Shown here one piece after another: positions 1 to 13,841 of a DNA stretch of 64,000 nt. The position numbers were made by a program, and so were the translations under genes. The notes beneath the pieces are model-generated. The model was given only the letters and a program-made list of their open reading frames with translations, ran no database searches and had not been told where the DNA came from. The DNA is taken from assembly GCA_951406725.2 (NCBI GenBank), contig OX597814.1, forward strand, positions 42,346,001-42,410,000, read 5' to 3'. Positions within the stretch are counted from its first letter, which is position 1; each line of letters starts with the position of its first letter. This DNA comes from Octopus vulgaris (lineage: Eukaryota).

Positions 1-188
1 ATGCACATAGATGTGGTCCAATTCCTTCTGAAGTTGTATTTTAATTTGAAGAAAAAATATATTCAGCTCAAGTGAAAACTTTAAATGATAGATGTAGAGA
101 TCTGATGCAAAGCCTATTTATCTACCGATCTATATTTCTATCCAACTACATATATACGAAGATATATATGTATATGTGCTTGTTAAGT

Positions 189-219
<31 letters not shown>

Positions 220-1110
220 ATATAAATAATATAGAAATATTTGGATATATACATACATATATGTACATACCTACATATATACGTATATATATATGCATAT
301 ATGGGCACAGGACATCAAAAGAACGTAGACAAAGTGGGAAACGAGAATATAAAAAACAAAAACGTAGAAAACGAACTTTTTCGAATAACGAAAGAAATAA
401 ACAAAGAAACGAGACAGACAACATAAAGAACATACATACACACACAAACATACGTATATGAGTTTGTGAGTGAGTGTATGTGTGTGGATGTGTGTGTGTA
501 TGGACGACTGAGTGGCGGGGAACTTTTAGGAGTGAAATTTTTATTAGTATCCACCAAACAACTTGTGCTAATAAATATGAAATGTACAATATAATGATTC
601 TACTATGGTGGTTTTGACTCTTACATTATTGGAATACTTTTTTCTAGCTTTATATTGAGTCTTAATAAGTGTTACTTTTGCGTCCTCTGTAAATATATAG
701 GTTTACATCAAATAGCTTAAATAAGTAATTATATTCACTGTCACATTTGATTAAATCCTTTCTTAATCTGACTTAATTATATCCTACTGACAAAGATTTC
801 ACCGTTGCCTTTCTTGAGAAAATAGTTATCTGTAAGTTTCATTCCCCTACTGAGTAGTCGAGACAATTTGTGAACTTCGCAAAATATATCTGTACTCCAA
901 ATATTGCTGAAATAAGCAATGCTAACACATCTCAATGGATTGTCAGAGTAATGATTCTGGTCACGTTTTTATCAGTTTCCATTTGATGGTATATTTGCCC
1001 ACGGAAAAATTATTTCAGTGTGAAATTAGGAATTGGAACGAATGAAAATACTTTATAGTGTAGAATAAAATATATAACGATGCCTACTGGCATGCATGCA
1101 CACATACACG

Positions 1111-1142
<32 letters not shown>

Positions 1143-2535
1143 CACATATAATATATATATATATATATCCATGCATGTATAGTAATGTGCATGCGAGCGT
1201 GTGTGCGTTTGCCTCTCTGTGTGTTTGTGTATATGTGTGCGTGTGCCTGCGTGCCTATACATTTTCACCCGGAAGCAATTTCTTTAAATACATCCATTCG
1301 ACCGCTTGCATAATTTATTATGAATTTGCATTGTCGTCGTTTGATTGTTCATCCAACTGATTTTCTTACAAGTGAAAGATGCACTGATCCGTAAAATGTT
1401 TACACAAAGGAGATTGCAATAGCTTCTGTAGTATCGTCAAACAGTCAGTTACCTATTTGGTCGTGTAAAGTAAATGAAATCCATACGGAATATAGTAGGA
1501 CGCGTATCAAGTAAGAAATCAATCTCCAATAATTTAGCTTATTTAGTTGGACTTTCTGTACAATAATTTGAATTTTGTGTTATGAATTAGACTTAATTCC
1601 CCTGAAATTTCTTAGAATTCAATTCATCAAAATGATGAATCACTCAAATGACAATTTGAAAGAAAACATTAAATAAACTGATGCTATGTCTGCCAGTCAC
1701 CTAATTTCAAGATCTCGAGAATGGGGACTTAGATATATATAAGTAGTTGCTTCAAATATGAGAAACAATTAAACAGGTAGAAAGCCTTTTGATAAATAAA
1801 TGGAGATCAGCATATAATATATACTTTTAAATTGTAATAATGGGAGATTTAACATCAAGAAGACTGATCTGTTCCGTAACACTTTATTAAATATATTCAT
1901 TTACAATATTATGAGCTTTCCACTTCCCTGATGAGCATAAATGTTATAAATTTATCAGTGGCATTTACCTTGCCGAACAATATGGAAGATAAAAGCAGCT
2001 AAATATTCAAATATCTGACCTTAAGAACTTGAAATAAATTTAAGACAGAGCTGAAATGTCCACTAAAGGGATGTATAGTCATAACTGAAATACATTTATC
2101 ATAGACCAGTTCAATTAAGGGTGGCTTGGGTTTAAACAACAATATCAATATTGATTCATGGGAAGATTAGAAGTTATTATTCATTTCATATTGAATGTGG
2201 TTATTTGCGGTTGTATCAATTACATATAAAATTGACTTCATAAGTGGATGAAAAATAAAGTAAGATATATAATTCTGATAGTAGACAGTATAAAACGAAT
2301 CCATACGTCTAACAAACTTCCAGTATCTGTGAAGTGTATTTCACGAGTTTCTGCAATTCGTTTACAACATCACAGGGACAAATTATTTAAAAAGTAAAAT
2401 AGCATCAAAATTTAGATGTAAAATATAATAAAGTAAAGAAAAGTATTCAATAATCATTCAATTAATGTTGCCTACTTCACGTATACTAGAATTCTTACAA
2501 AGAATTATGCGTATAATATATATACATACATACAT

Positions 2536-2583
<48 letters not shown>

Positions 2584-2693
2584 GGTGGATGAGTAAAGCA
2601 TGGGCACGATTTCAATTAACTGCTGTTATCGTTAGATTTACTGCAGGAAATTCGCAGTGGCGATTGGGGTTACATTATTGATAATAATTAGAA

Positions 2694-2785
<92 letters not shown>

Positions 2786-2790
2786 TATAA

Positions 2791-3006
2791 TAAAACAATA
2801 CTGGGAGGATAAAAGACGGAACGAAGCGAAAATTCGAAAATTCGAACGAACCCGACGCGAAGCGCTGTCAGACAATAGTGTAATAGTATAATAAATAATT
2901 ATTTATTACACTATTGTCTGACAGCGCTTCGCATCGGGTACGTTCGAATTTTCGAAATTTCGAATTTTCGCTTCGTTTCGTCTCTTATCCTCCCAGTATT
3001 ATTTTA
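2791..3006. repeat. Fold-back inverted repeat (~95-100 bp arms) next to a (TA)n tract
   Basis: 2791-2885 (aatactgggaggataaaagac...gcgctgtcagacaatagtgtaata) is the reverse complement of 2904-3006 with a few mismatches; AT-rich palindromic centre taataaataattatttatta. Confidence 0.85.
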
Positions 3007-3019
3007 TAATATAATTATG

Positions 3020-3708
3020 ACGCGAAATTCTCTCCCTTTGCTTTACCTTCCCCTCTTATCTCTCCCTCTTCCTCATCCTTCTCTCAGCCGCGTGTATTCC
3101 TCTATCTATCTCTCTCTCTCTCTCTCTCTCACTCCTCCTCACTTTCGTCACTGCTAATCCTTTTGCGCGTTGCTTTCAGGCCGTAAGGTCATGTTTTCCC
3201 TGCGCTTGCCAGTACCTCTTCCGTCCCAGCCAGAACAAAGGACTTTCGTTTGCTTTTTTCGTTTGTTTTCTTGTTTATTTTGATTTCTCGTATTGTATTT
3301 TATTTCTCGTTTTGTATTTTCTTGTACATGTATTTATAAATTTTGTATTTTTAACTTGTATTTTATTGTGCAGTTCTATTGTTACGTCCCGTTTGTGTTA
3401 CATTTATTTTCGTGCTCGTTTTACCCCTCTGCGAGGTTATTTTATTTTAATTCTCTCGCAGGAAGGCCTAGTATTGACGAGTCGTGTCCTGTCTCGCCTT
3501 CGAAACACGCTAAGTCTACTAGTGACAGCTGATGAAGGGGATTTTTCCATGTATAGCATGTCCTGTACCTTGTTTTTCTGTTGTAAATAATGTTTTTCCC
3601 GTTTTCGTTCTCGTCCTGTTCCACGTCTCTGTCTTTCTGTTGTAACAAAATGGCTTTTCCGTTTTCGTTTCTGTTGAGTTTTACGTCTTTTTGTGGTGTC
3701 CTGTACGT
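3020..3708 (+). mobile_element. Pyrimidine-rich non-coding repeat, possibly a PLE-derived pLTR/non-autonomous element
   Basis: Ends ...tacgtctttttgtggtgtcctgtacgtat before (TA)n; similar termini in reverse orientation at ~300-430 and ~60603-60690. Confidence 0.35.
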
Positions 3709-3790
3709 ATATATATTTATATATGCATGTATATATACATGTAGATGTCGGTACGTACATATATGTTTGTATGTATGCATATATTTTATT

Positions 3791-3849
<59 letters not shown>

Positions 3850-3975
3850 CATACATATAAATACGCACACAGCACACACATATATATATGTGTGTGTGTA
3901 GAAATGAAGGAATAAAAATAGATGAGTGTACAGATAGGGATTTGTATCTGTATTCTCATCTATTAGAATTCATTC

Positions 3976-4034
<59 letters not shown>

Positions 4035-4049
4035 TATGGTGGTTGTCTA

Positions 4050-4640
4050 CTCTTTATGCAAAGTTTGACCACATCAGTTTGTCATCTGATGTGGCTTTTT
4101 AAACTAGAGAATGTTCTGCAAAAAAACACCCACACAGATTGCACATCCGATATGTTTATGTTTTGTTGATCATAAAATGTCTTATGAGGCCTCCGTTGCA
4201 TTTGAAAACCTTCTGGCATACACTGCCTTCAAATGTGTGCACAGGCATGTAGGCAAAATTGTTGGTGGAGGTTCGTTTCCCGTGGGTTCGTAGATGAGAT
4301 TTGATCCCAGTAAAAGACAGGTATAGTCTGTCACAGACTGTGCCCACAAAGAATTAATTGTCATTCACCTTCTCGATCGTTAAATTCTTCCTTATATCTC
4401 TTTTCCGTCTTACATGCGTTATCCCGGCTTCTTCAAATGCTTTCACTCCACTCCACACTTTTATTCGCCCTCCAACTCGATCAGAATCAAGGGTTTCAAT
4501 GTCTTCTGGATCCATTCCAAGTGACGTCATAATAGCCCTTATGCCGTCCTTAAAACTTTTTATTAGTCTACGTTGATAGCATTTCCCCTTTAGAAGCTCA
4601 CCGTGAAACAACTGTTTCGGCATGCGTTTACGGAACGCAT
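4050..4640 (-). mobile_element. RTE-clade LINE 3' fragment with C-terminal C2H2 zinc fingers (decayed)
   Basis: ORF 4354..4650 RMPKQLFHGELLKG...FKDGIR...LGMDPEDIETLDSDR...GVKAFEE matches the typical RTE ORF C-terminus; followed by CDRLYLSFTGIKSHLRTH and CQKVFKCNGGLIRHFM. Confidence 0.75.
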
Positions 4641-4681
4641 ATATATACATATGTATGTGTGTGATTATGTGTGAGTATCTA

Positions 4682-5234
4682 TATGTGTAAATATATAGGT
4701 TAATCTATATATGTCAAGCCTAATCGTGTTTATCTACATCATTAAAATCATATCAGGTCAACTGGATTTCTCTCATAGCCACACTTTATTCTGTGTGCCT
4801 GGTACGCAATATAGATATCGAATTTCAAGTACAAATCATTTGAACACTACAACCTGTTTTGTAGCACAGCTTTTGTCGGTATACATACATTAATACAAAC
4901 ATACATTCAAACACACAATCTCACATATATATAAATACATATGTGTGTGTTTGAGATAGTCTGTATGAATGTATGTTTGTATTAATGTATGTATGCATGT
5001 ATATATACCGTCAGAAGGGGCGCTAGAAATGCTAAGTATAGAAAACAGGTTTTAGTTTTCAAATGATCTGTACTTGAACTTCGATATTTTTATATATTAC
5101 CAGGTACACGAAATAAGGTGTCGCTATTGTGAGGCTATGAGAGAAATCTAGTTGACCTGATATGATGATAATGATGCACATAAACACGATTAGGCTTGAC
5201 ATATATATAGAAAAACCTATATAATTACGCATAT
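4682..5234. mobile_element. Palindromic (fold-back/MITE-like) element with ~250-290 bp diverged arms
   Basis: atgtcaagcctaatcgtgtttat...tcaggtcaactggatttctctcatagcc (4711-4780) mirrored by ggctatgagagaaatctagttgacctga...ataaacacgattaggcttgacat (5133-5202); further matches toward the centre at ~4935. Confidence 0.8.
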
Positions 5235-5243
5235 ATATGTATA

Positions 5244-5327
<84 letters not shown>

Positions 5328-5329
<2 letters not shown>

Positions 5330-5543
5330 GACCCCCTTCGGTCATGAATGACCATGGGATTGCACCTAGAAAGTTACCCTCCTAGACACAATTCCGGGCA
5401 AGATTGTTTATGGAAGGCCAGCAGTCGCCCATGCATACCAGCCTCCCCTCTCCACGCCACCAGTGTTATCCAAGGGAAAGACAAAGGTCGATACAGTTTG
5501 GCACCCATGACGTCGCAACTCACTTCTGCAGCTGAGTGAACTG
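5328..5543 (-). mobile_element. tRNA-derived SINE family A, 5'-truncated copy
   Basis: Reverse complement of the 3' part of 62443-62787. Confidence 0.85.
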
Positions 5544-5794
<251 letters not shown>

Positions 5795-5928
5795 TCAGAG
5801 AGATCAATGTATTTAACTAGATCGTAAAAAGTACAGAATACTAATGCAACGTTTTTTAGAGAGGATGCATAGCTTTTTAAGTCAATTGTTGCTTCTGAAA
5901 GCTCAGAATAATAATAATAATAATAATA

Positions 5929-5966
<38 letters not shown>

Positions 5967-7377
5967 TTTCGAAATTAGCAGATGGAATATATACATATTC
6001 ATGGGTATGCATCCAGTAAAGGGACCCACCGAGATATTAATATATCACTGGCTACCTTCCCCAGGAGAAAGAATTCCCCAAACCATTTCGTATAGAAATG
6101 CGAGAGAGTAAAATACTGACGTGGAGGTGAGGAGGAAAAGGTGTAAAATGCATGAAGGGGAAGATTTATAAGCTGCTTAATTAGTGGCGGTAAAGAGATT
6201 GGGAAAACACAAGAAGAAATGCAAGGAGGTGGGATGTAGGAAGCAGTCAGTAATAGTGGGAACTAATAGGGAAGATGTGAGAGAGGAAGGAGGTGAAGGG
6301 TCACGGTAAGGTCAGTATGATAAAAGGAAATGCAACTGATTGTTCGGTACACGCTAAGCAGACTTTAAGTCAAATAGAATTGTTGCAGGTTATAGAGAAA
6401 GACAGAAAGAGACAAGCAATGAAATGAAAGAAATAAACTAGGGTGTGTGGTTAAGAGAGCCGGACGGCAGGTGAAACAGGAAAAAGGTGCAAGAAAATAC
6501 AGAGGAGCAGAGATTAAGTTGACTAAGAAGGGGGGGGCTGGTTGTAGATAAGGACTGGAAGAAGCAAGAAAAGAATTCAAGGTATAAGGGTGGGGTAACG
6601 GAGGTTGAATATATACTGAGAAATGGAGAAAAAAACAAGAGAGAGAGAGAGAGAAAGAAACAAACAAACAAAAAGCAAAGGACTGGAGAGTTGATAGGTT
6701 TGGGCTGAATTATAATTACGATAAAAAATTCATATTTTGATTAGTCAGCATAAATGAAATAAAATTTATGTAAACACGAAAAGGTTACGTCGGAGAACCT
6801 AGTAAGTATCGAGGAGTTATGATAGCGAAGTATGGAGAAAATATTTAGAAAGACTTTGGTTACTATTGTACGGAGAAGTCTCCGAAACAATGGACAGTAT
6901 ATAGGGTTTATTCCAGTCTTGAGTTTGTGCATGTATGAAACTAGTGAGTTAGAATGTCTAGGATTTCGATATGAGCATCGGTAACGGGCTCATACACACG
7001 CGTACACCCACACACAGAGAGACACACACACACACTCACACACATATGCATGTATTTATGTACGTATGTATATGTAGGTGTTAAATGTGTATTTTTTAAA
7101 AGTTTTTCATCGTATCACACTTGTGATATCCTTCAGTTGTGGCCTCTCCGTCAGGACATCAGTAGCGAGCTCACACTCACGCATACACAAACACACACAG
7201 ACATACACACACGTATGCATGCATTCATATACATATGTACTGTGCGTGTGAGGTGTATTTTTTTTTTAATTGTGGTTGTCTCACTCGTGTGATACACTGT
7301 AATTTTGATGTATGCGTTAAGGTCACCAGAAAATACGTATATATATAACTTATTGTAATTAACGATTTCCACAGTGC

Positions 7378-7451
<74 letters not shown>

Positions 7452-8094
7452 CTTATTCGCACAGTTCAGCAAGGCTTATTCCAGTACGTGCGGCATTTAT
7501 CTATGTGAGAAATTCAATATTTTATGAAATGTGAAGATATGAACTCGAAATTATATTTTGTGGATTTTTGAAGAAACTGCGTGCTGTTTGGTTAGTTTCC
7601 AGCTTCCACCTGTCTGAAATTGTTTATTTCCTATATCATTTTTGGAAGATGTTCAATAGACGTTCAATAGATTATCTTCCAGGTATAAGGGAATGTAAAC
7701 ATGTGTTTATACATGAACAATAATGCGTCATTGATAAACCGGCTTTGTCTGACCTCGTGTATTATATACATATAACACTAAAAGTTATGAAAATATTGCG
7801 AATTTTTGCACATGATTGAATGATGTAATCACATGTCCAGCACATGAGAGAAAGTATGATGTAGAAGAAGGTATGATGTATTCATTACTATGTATTTTCA
7901 TAGAAAATTCTCTTCAATCTAGTGCCTTATATTTGATAGATTTGCAGATATCTTTCCTTCTATAATATCAGAGATCTTCTTAATTCAGCAGGATAGGTAA
8001 TCACTGACGTAAAACTCAGAAATACGATTTAAAAAGAGAAGCTCAATTCCTTATCACGTAGAGGCACACAGACATATATTGCATATATATATAT

Positions 8095-8380
8095 TGTGAA
8101 GGCAAATGGCTCAGTGGTTAGAGTGTCGAACTTACGACGTTGAGTTTGGGAGTTCGAATCCCGGACTGGGCTGCGTGTTGTGTTCTTGAGCAAGATAATC
8201 TATTTCACGTTGCGACGTCACTGGTTTCAAGCTGTATCGACCTTTGCCTTTCCCTTGGAGAGAGGACGCTGGTATGCATGGCCGACTGATGGTTTTCCAT
8301 ATACAACCTTGCCCGGACTTGTGCCTCGGAGGGCAATATACCAGCTGCAATCCCATGCTCATTCGTGACCGAAGGGGTGA
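8095..8380 (+). mobile_element. tRNA-derived SINE family A, internally deleted copy
   Basis: A box tggctcagtgg, B box gttcgaatcc; body colinear with 62443-62787. Confidence 0.85.
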
Positions 8381-8396
8381 TACATACATACATCTA

Positions 8397-8436
<40 letters not shown>

Positions 8437-8473
8437 CAATAATACCAAGATGGAATTTATAAATATTTAATTT

Positions 8474-8551
8474 ATCGATTCGTACGTTTCCAAAGATCAA
8501 ACAATTTTCACCCCAGCGTCGGTATCGTTCGAATTAATCCTCAGTATCGAT
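8474..8551 (-). ncRNA. Degenerate type I hammerhead ribozyme in a short insert between (TA)n tracts
   Basis: Minus strand: atcgata-CTGAGGA-...tcgaacgat/attgtttga stem...-GAAA-cgtacg(palindrome)-a-atcgat; cleavage triplet damaged. Confidence 0.45.
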
Positions 8552-8619
8552 CAGCGGTAGCCGACATAATGAAATAGGAGCTCTTTTGATACCCCTAAAG
8601 TAACCTAAACAATTTAAAA

Positions 8620-8665
<46 letters not shown>

Positions 8666-8666
8666 C

Positions 8667-9060
8667 CCTCTCTTTTACTTTCTTGTACTTGTTTCAGTCA
8701 TTTGACTGCGGCCATGCTGGAGCACCGCCTTTAGTCGAAGAAATTGATCCCAGGACTTATTCTTTGTAAGCCTAGTACTTATTCTATCGGTCTCTTTTGC
8801 CGAACCGCTAAGTTACGGAGACGTAAACACACAAGCATCGGTTGCCAAGCGATGTTGGGGGGACAAACACAGACACACAAACACATACACACACGCACAC
8901 ACACACACACATAAATATATATACATATACATTTATACGACGGGCTTCTTTCAGTTTCCGTCTACCAAATCCACTCACAAGGCTTTGCTCGGCCCGATGC
9001 TATAGTAGAAGACACTCGCCCAAGTTGCCACGCAGTGGGACTGAACCCGGAATCATGTGG

Positions 9061-9062
<2 letters not shown>
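8667..9062 (-). mobile_element. SINE family C
   Basis: Reverse complement of 25299-25699 (tail ggtgctccagcatggccgcagtcaaatgactgaaacaag). Confidence 0.9.
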
Positions 9063-9120
<58 letters not shown>

Positions 9121-9496
9121 GTACATGTATGCGCGTGCTTGCTTGCCCCCTGATATATCAAATATAAGTGACTGGTACTTTATATAGCACTATTTAAATC
9201 TGGAATTATGTTTCCCTAGTAAATTATCTACCTCTTTATTGTAAAATTCAGAAAACAGGAGAAGTGAACTTATTTAAATACTTGTTTCAAATTTTGGCAG
9301 GAAGTCATTGATTTCAAATGAAGAGATAAGTCAATAACCTGAACCTCACTTATTAGCAGCCAATTATTCTATCGACTTCGAAAAGATGATTGGCAAACAT
9401 CAACCGCGACAGTTGGAAGAAATGTCGCTAGCGTTTATGCATTTTTTCCGGTGCTGTAACGATTCGGTCATTCATCGCCTCACCTTGTTTAAACGT

Positions 9497-9712
9497 TGGT
9501 TTCAAATTTTGGAACAAGGCTAGAAATTTTGAGTGAGGGGGTTTGTCGATTACGTCGACCACAGTGATCACATTGGTACTTATTCCATGGACCCCTGAAA
9601 AATGAAAGTCAGCTTCGCCCTTGGCGAAACTTGAATACAGACCAGAAGGACGGATGAAATGTCGCAAAGCACTTACCCAGCATGATAACGATTCTGCCAG
9701 CTGGATGCCTTA
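9497..9712 (-). mobile_element. SINE family D, diverged copy
   Basis: Similar to the reverse complement of 17790-17955 and 35500-35705. Confidence 0.6.
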
Positions 9713-12482
9713 ACATCATTTTAACATTAACGATCTTTCTTACATTCATTTTTGTTACTGTTAGCAATGTTCTTCATTACGCTTCTCTTATTATTAAAGT
9801 AGATGATATTGTCTGCACTATTGTATACATCGAGCTCAGTTTTGAGTGATATTGATCAGGAGATTCATTCTTAACATATTTTTAATATAACAATGCTAGA
9901 ACTTCTATAAACCATGCTGATTTACATCGTGTTGAAACTGGTGTAGGCCATATGCACGAGTTTATTTTTGAAGCTAAGATTTTATCCTCACTGTGGCTTA
10001 TCCTAGTACTCGAATGGAAGCATTTTAGAGCTTCGCCACTATTAAGTATGCCGCTCGCTAAGTGAAAATTAGCGCCTACAGATGTAGATGAACTATGATC
10101 GAGAAGAAACAATAGCCACTTTTAGCCGGCAGGCTGAATAAATATTTGGTATCAGCGATGGAAGCAGAATTAGTTCTGAACACCATACTAAAATCAGATA
10201 TATGTTTGAAAGCCAGCTGATCTCTCGCTCGCACACGATATTTGTTTTAAGCAATATATAGTGATTGCCATCTGGAATTAAAGAACTTCGGTCAGTAATA
10301 TTGAATATATGTGTATATGTAGGTGTGCTTGCTTGTATATATATAGGCGTTTACATGTATGTGCATTTATATAGAACATAGTTGTGTGTATATGGCAGGA
10401 ATTTGCTCTAGTTGTTTTTTCTGTTTAAATGTAATGTTGCTTTAGATTATTAAGTCAAATGCGCAACTATGTGGACAAGACTTCGAGGAATACAATAAGA
10501 TACTTAGTAATATGTAGCATATAATACATGCTATAATAATGAAATGCATTTCTGATGGGAAATAAAAAATCATTATTATTTGTTAATTCCTTAAGACGTA
10601 AATTCCGAGCAAAATGATTAATAGATCTGTTTCTTGAATGTGTTATTCATTTAAATTTAGATGGAAGAAATTTGAATTTTAATAAGTTGGATGCTAATAT
10701 TAAATATCTTATATTTTCATAGTATTTTTATTACATTCTTTCTTTTTTTTCAATCTAGTACAGGCTATGTACAAAATAAAATTTAACTGTTCAATAATTT
10801 AAAACATATACTAATCTCAACTGATTTCAAACCAAATGACAAATGGATCAATACTTGCCAAAGACATGCGTGCGCTCTCACACATATACGCATGCGTACA
10901 CAAACACACAAGAACAACGTGTACATTTCAGAATGTGTGTACGGAACTTAGTATGAGCGTTAACAAAACATGACTTAATGAGAACTTCAGCATCCACTCC
11001 CATATTCGTATCTGATTTGCTATTAGCTCACTGCTTTCTTACTTCTGAAAGAAAACTATAATTTAGAAAGAAAATTTTTGTATATTGGTTAGAAATTACC
11101 TGTCAATGTTATTTATCCGCATGGATGAATGCGACAGTTAAATGTATATTTTGTAAAAAAAAAAAAACAAAGTATTAAATCCTTTGCTATTAAACATGTA
11201 TGTGCTCATTGTAGCTCCTGTCATTTATTGTTTCTTCATCACCTTATATAATACTTTGTAATTAAACGAAAAGTATTTTGATTGAAAGAATTATTAGTAA
11301 ATAAGAAAAATATTTAAGAAAATCTCTACCACGTACTGCATAGTAGTGATGTATAAAGACTAATTTCTTCTAGATGATCTGATTTTAAAGAGAATTCTGA
11401 TTTTAAAGAGAATTAAACTAACACACAATATTTTGCTATACTATTCACATATCTCAGTTCAATTCATGAAACAGATGGACCGAACTGCAGCGAGCCTAGC
11501 TTGATTACTGAAAGGTTAATATTGTACATCTTGTGTAAACCTACCTATATTTAACATATTTAAGCGTTGAAGAGATAGCAATATGACAGCTAAAATCTTC
11601 TGACTTGACAGCAATATGTTTCATCCTACATATTTCATCTTAAATTGATTGGCAGAGATTAACAGTCAATTACGTGAAGTCGAACGTGTATTGGGTCTTC
11701 TATTGCATTTAATATAGGAAATATCATTAAAATATGGTATACCGCCATGAGTATGAAATATGTGCGTGTGTGTGTGAATCGATTGTCCTAGTCGCAAGCA
11801 TAGCTTATGTGTATAGTCTCAGACGTAGTTTTGTGGTGAGATGTTTGCTTCTCCCAACCTCTTGGTTCTGAATTCAGAAAACTACGTGTCATTTTGGACA
11901 AGTATCATCCTGTATATATATATATTGTTTTTTGCCTAACAAGAACTTGTGAGTAGATTTGTCTTTAAGAGCACTTTTGTGTGCGTGTGTGTACGCGCGT
12001 ATCCGTGTGGTTGAGTCGGTTCTGTGAGTGAAGGTGTTTGTTAGTATGCGTAAGTGTCTGAATGTGTGAGTGATTGTTTATTTCAGCGTATTCCAGTATG
12101 TATGTGACTCTGCATATCTGTTTTTGGTGCGTTTTTGACAATAATAGGTCTCTGCGTATGCCTTGCATATGTGCCTCCATGTGTAAACGCACGCTGCAAG
12201 GCAAACAAGCAAACGTACCTAATTGCCAGTGATCGAACGGAGTTGTAAAAACTCTTTTGTACAGTACATACAGTATCTCATTTATCCTCTGGGAGTCTGC
12301 AGTCAGTGAGCAGTGCACCTATCATTCATCGTGCTGACGTAGACACTTTTGCAAGTCTATAGTTACTCTTAAGGGTATTTCTTTGCATAGTTTACAGCCC
12401 TGGTTTTTTTCTTATATATATATATAAGAAATACTAAATTTCTAAATCTCTCGTAGAGACATGTACGGTGGTGGGGCGATAG

Positions 12483-12634
12483 AATGGTTGTATACTGTCA
12501 ATCTAACACGAACGTGACAGTAGGGGGATACACCACCGCTGTATAGCCCTAGGAATCATCGACGCTTCCTAGGGCTATACAGCGGTGGTGTACCCCCCTA
12601 CTGTCACGTTCGTGTTAGATTGACAGTATACAAC

Positions 12635-12638
<4 letters not shown>
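12483..12638. repeat. Near-perfect 73-bp-arm palindrome in an insert flanked by (TA)n
   Basis: 12483-12555 pairs with 12566-12638 with one mismatch; 10-nt spacer tcatcgacgc. Confidence 0.95.
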
Positions 12639-12669
<31 letters not shown>

Positions 12670-12671
<2 letters not shown>

Positions 12672-13105
12672 AGAATTCCATCTCAACCAAACAATCAAAC
12701 ATTATTTAAATTGAAAGTGAGCTCAAACACTCCTATGCAGGACATTAAGAAAGGTGGCAGGAGAGATGAAATTTATGTGTGCATAGATTGTGACACATCA
12801 TGCCTTTCTTTTACTGGGCTCAAATCACATTTGATGACCCAGGAAAATCGAAAATCCACCAACCATTCTGCTTATATATCTGTGCACAACATTCAATACC
12901 GTGTTTGCCATAAGGTATGCAATTCTAAAGGAGGCCTCAAAAAACATCTTATGTTTCACAAAGATCAAAACTAAGCTGCAGCTCTTGATGGTTCAAATCA
13001 GATATTGAATCTATGTGAGAGTGTTTTCAATATATTGTCTGGTTTAAAGAACCACATCAGACGCCATGGAGGATCTAAGGTGTAAGTACAAGGTGTAAGT
13101 ACGTA
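12670..13105 (+). mobile_element. RTE-family 3' end with three C2H2-like zinc fingers (same family as 4050-4640)
   Basis: YVCIDCDTSCLSFTGLKSHLMT; CHKVCNSKGGLKKHLMFH; CESVFNILSGLKNHIRRH; short tandem tail aggtgtaagtac x2. Confidence 0.65.
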
Positions 13106-13651
13106 TATTAATATATATATATATACACACACACTGGTAAACTTGCGTGCTTGAGTCGGAGCGGAGACTGCTACTTAGGGAAATTGAATTACTTTGTCTT
13201 ATGTTCAGAAATGTATATCAAAATAGTCAACATCATATATATAGTACGTGTATATATTCTTTTTATTTTCGTGAAATAATATCTTTAAAGAGACTGGTTG
13301 CCGTGGATGACACTATATCGACATTCTTTTAGTCTGGTCAGCAGAACATTAATCATGAAGCTAAATTCAATTTAATATGATTTATTTCTTCTTTTTTTCT
13401 TTTTCTTCTAACTATACAGAAATGCTGAAGAGATAAAACTCGAGACAGACGTAGAGAAAACATTCTAAATGTGTCTCAAAATGTTTGATGAGGGTAACGG
13501 TATATGTATACATATACACATAGCGTGACTGAGGGTACGGATGCACCTATATTACTAGAAATAAGAATTAAAACAATGAATGCTGTAAGAAGAAGAACAA
13601 TATATATATACATTGACAGTGGAGGTAATCGACCTATGACCGTCATTAGAT

Positions 13652-13701
13652 TCACTATACTATAACATTTTCGCCTATTTTGTAAGCATCATCAGTAGTG
13701 A
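13652..13701 (-). ncRNA. Type I hammerhead ribozyme motif (canonical core, degenerate stem III)
   Basis: Minus strand: tcacta-CTGATGA-t-gctta(caaaa)taggc-GAAA-atgttata-GTA-tagtga. Confidence 0.6.
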
Positions 13702-13841
13702 CTACACAGATGGTGGATCATTTTGCTAGATCCGTATCCGTCTGCCAGTATACATATTTTACCATTAAAAATTAGCGAAATGCTAAATATAAAATATAAA
13801 CAGCTCCGCACAATGTAATACCATACGGAAAAAAAAATTAA

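Noticed and set aside
3526-3570. ctgatgaagggg as a hammerhead core
   Set aside because: No downstream GAAA, stem III or closing stem I found
6000-6950. Purine-rich stretch possibly a decayed PLE on the minus strand (also ~14860-15190)
   Set aside because: Only faint HK...IVS...LSKY resemblance; too degraded to call
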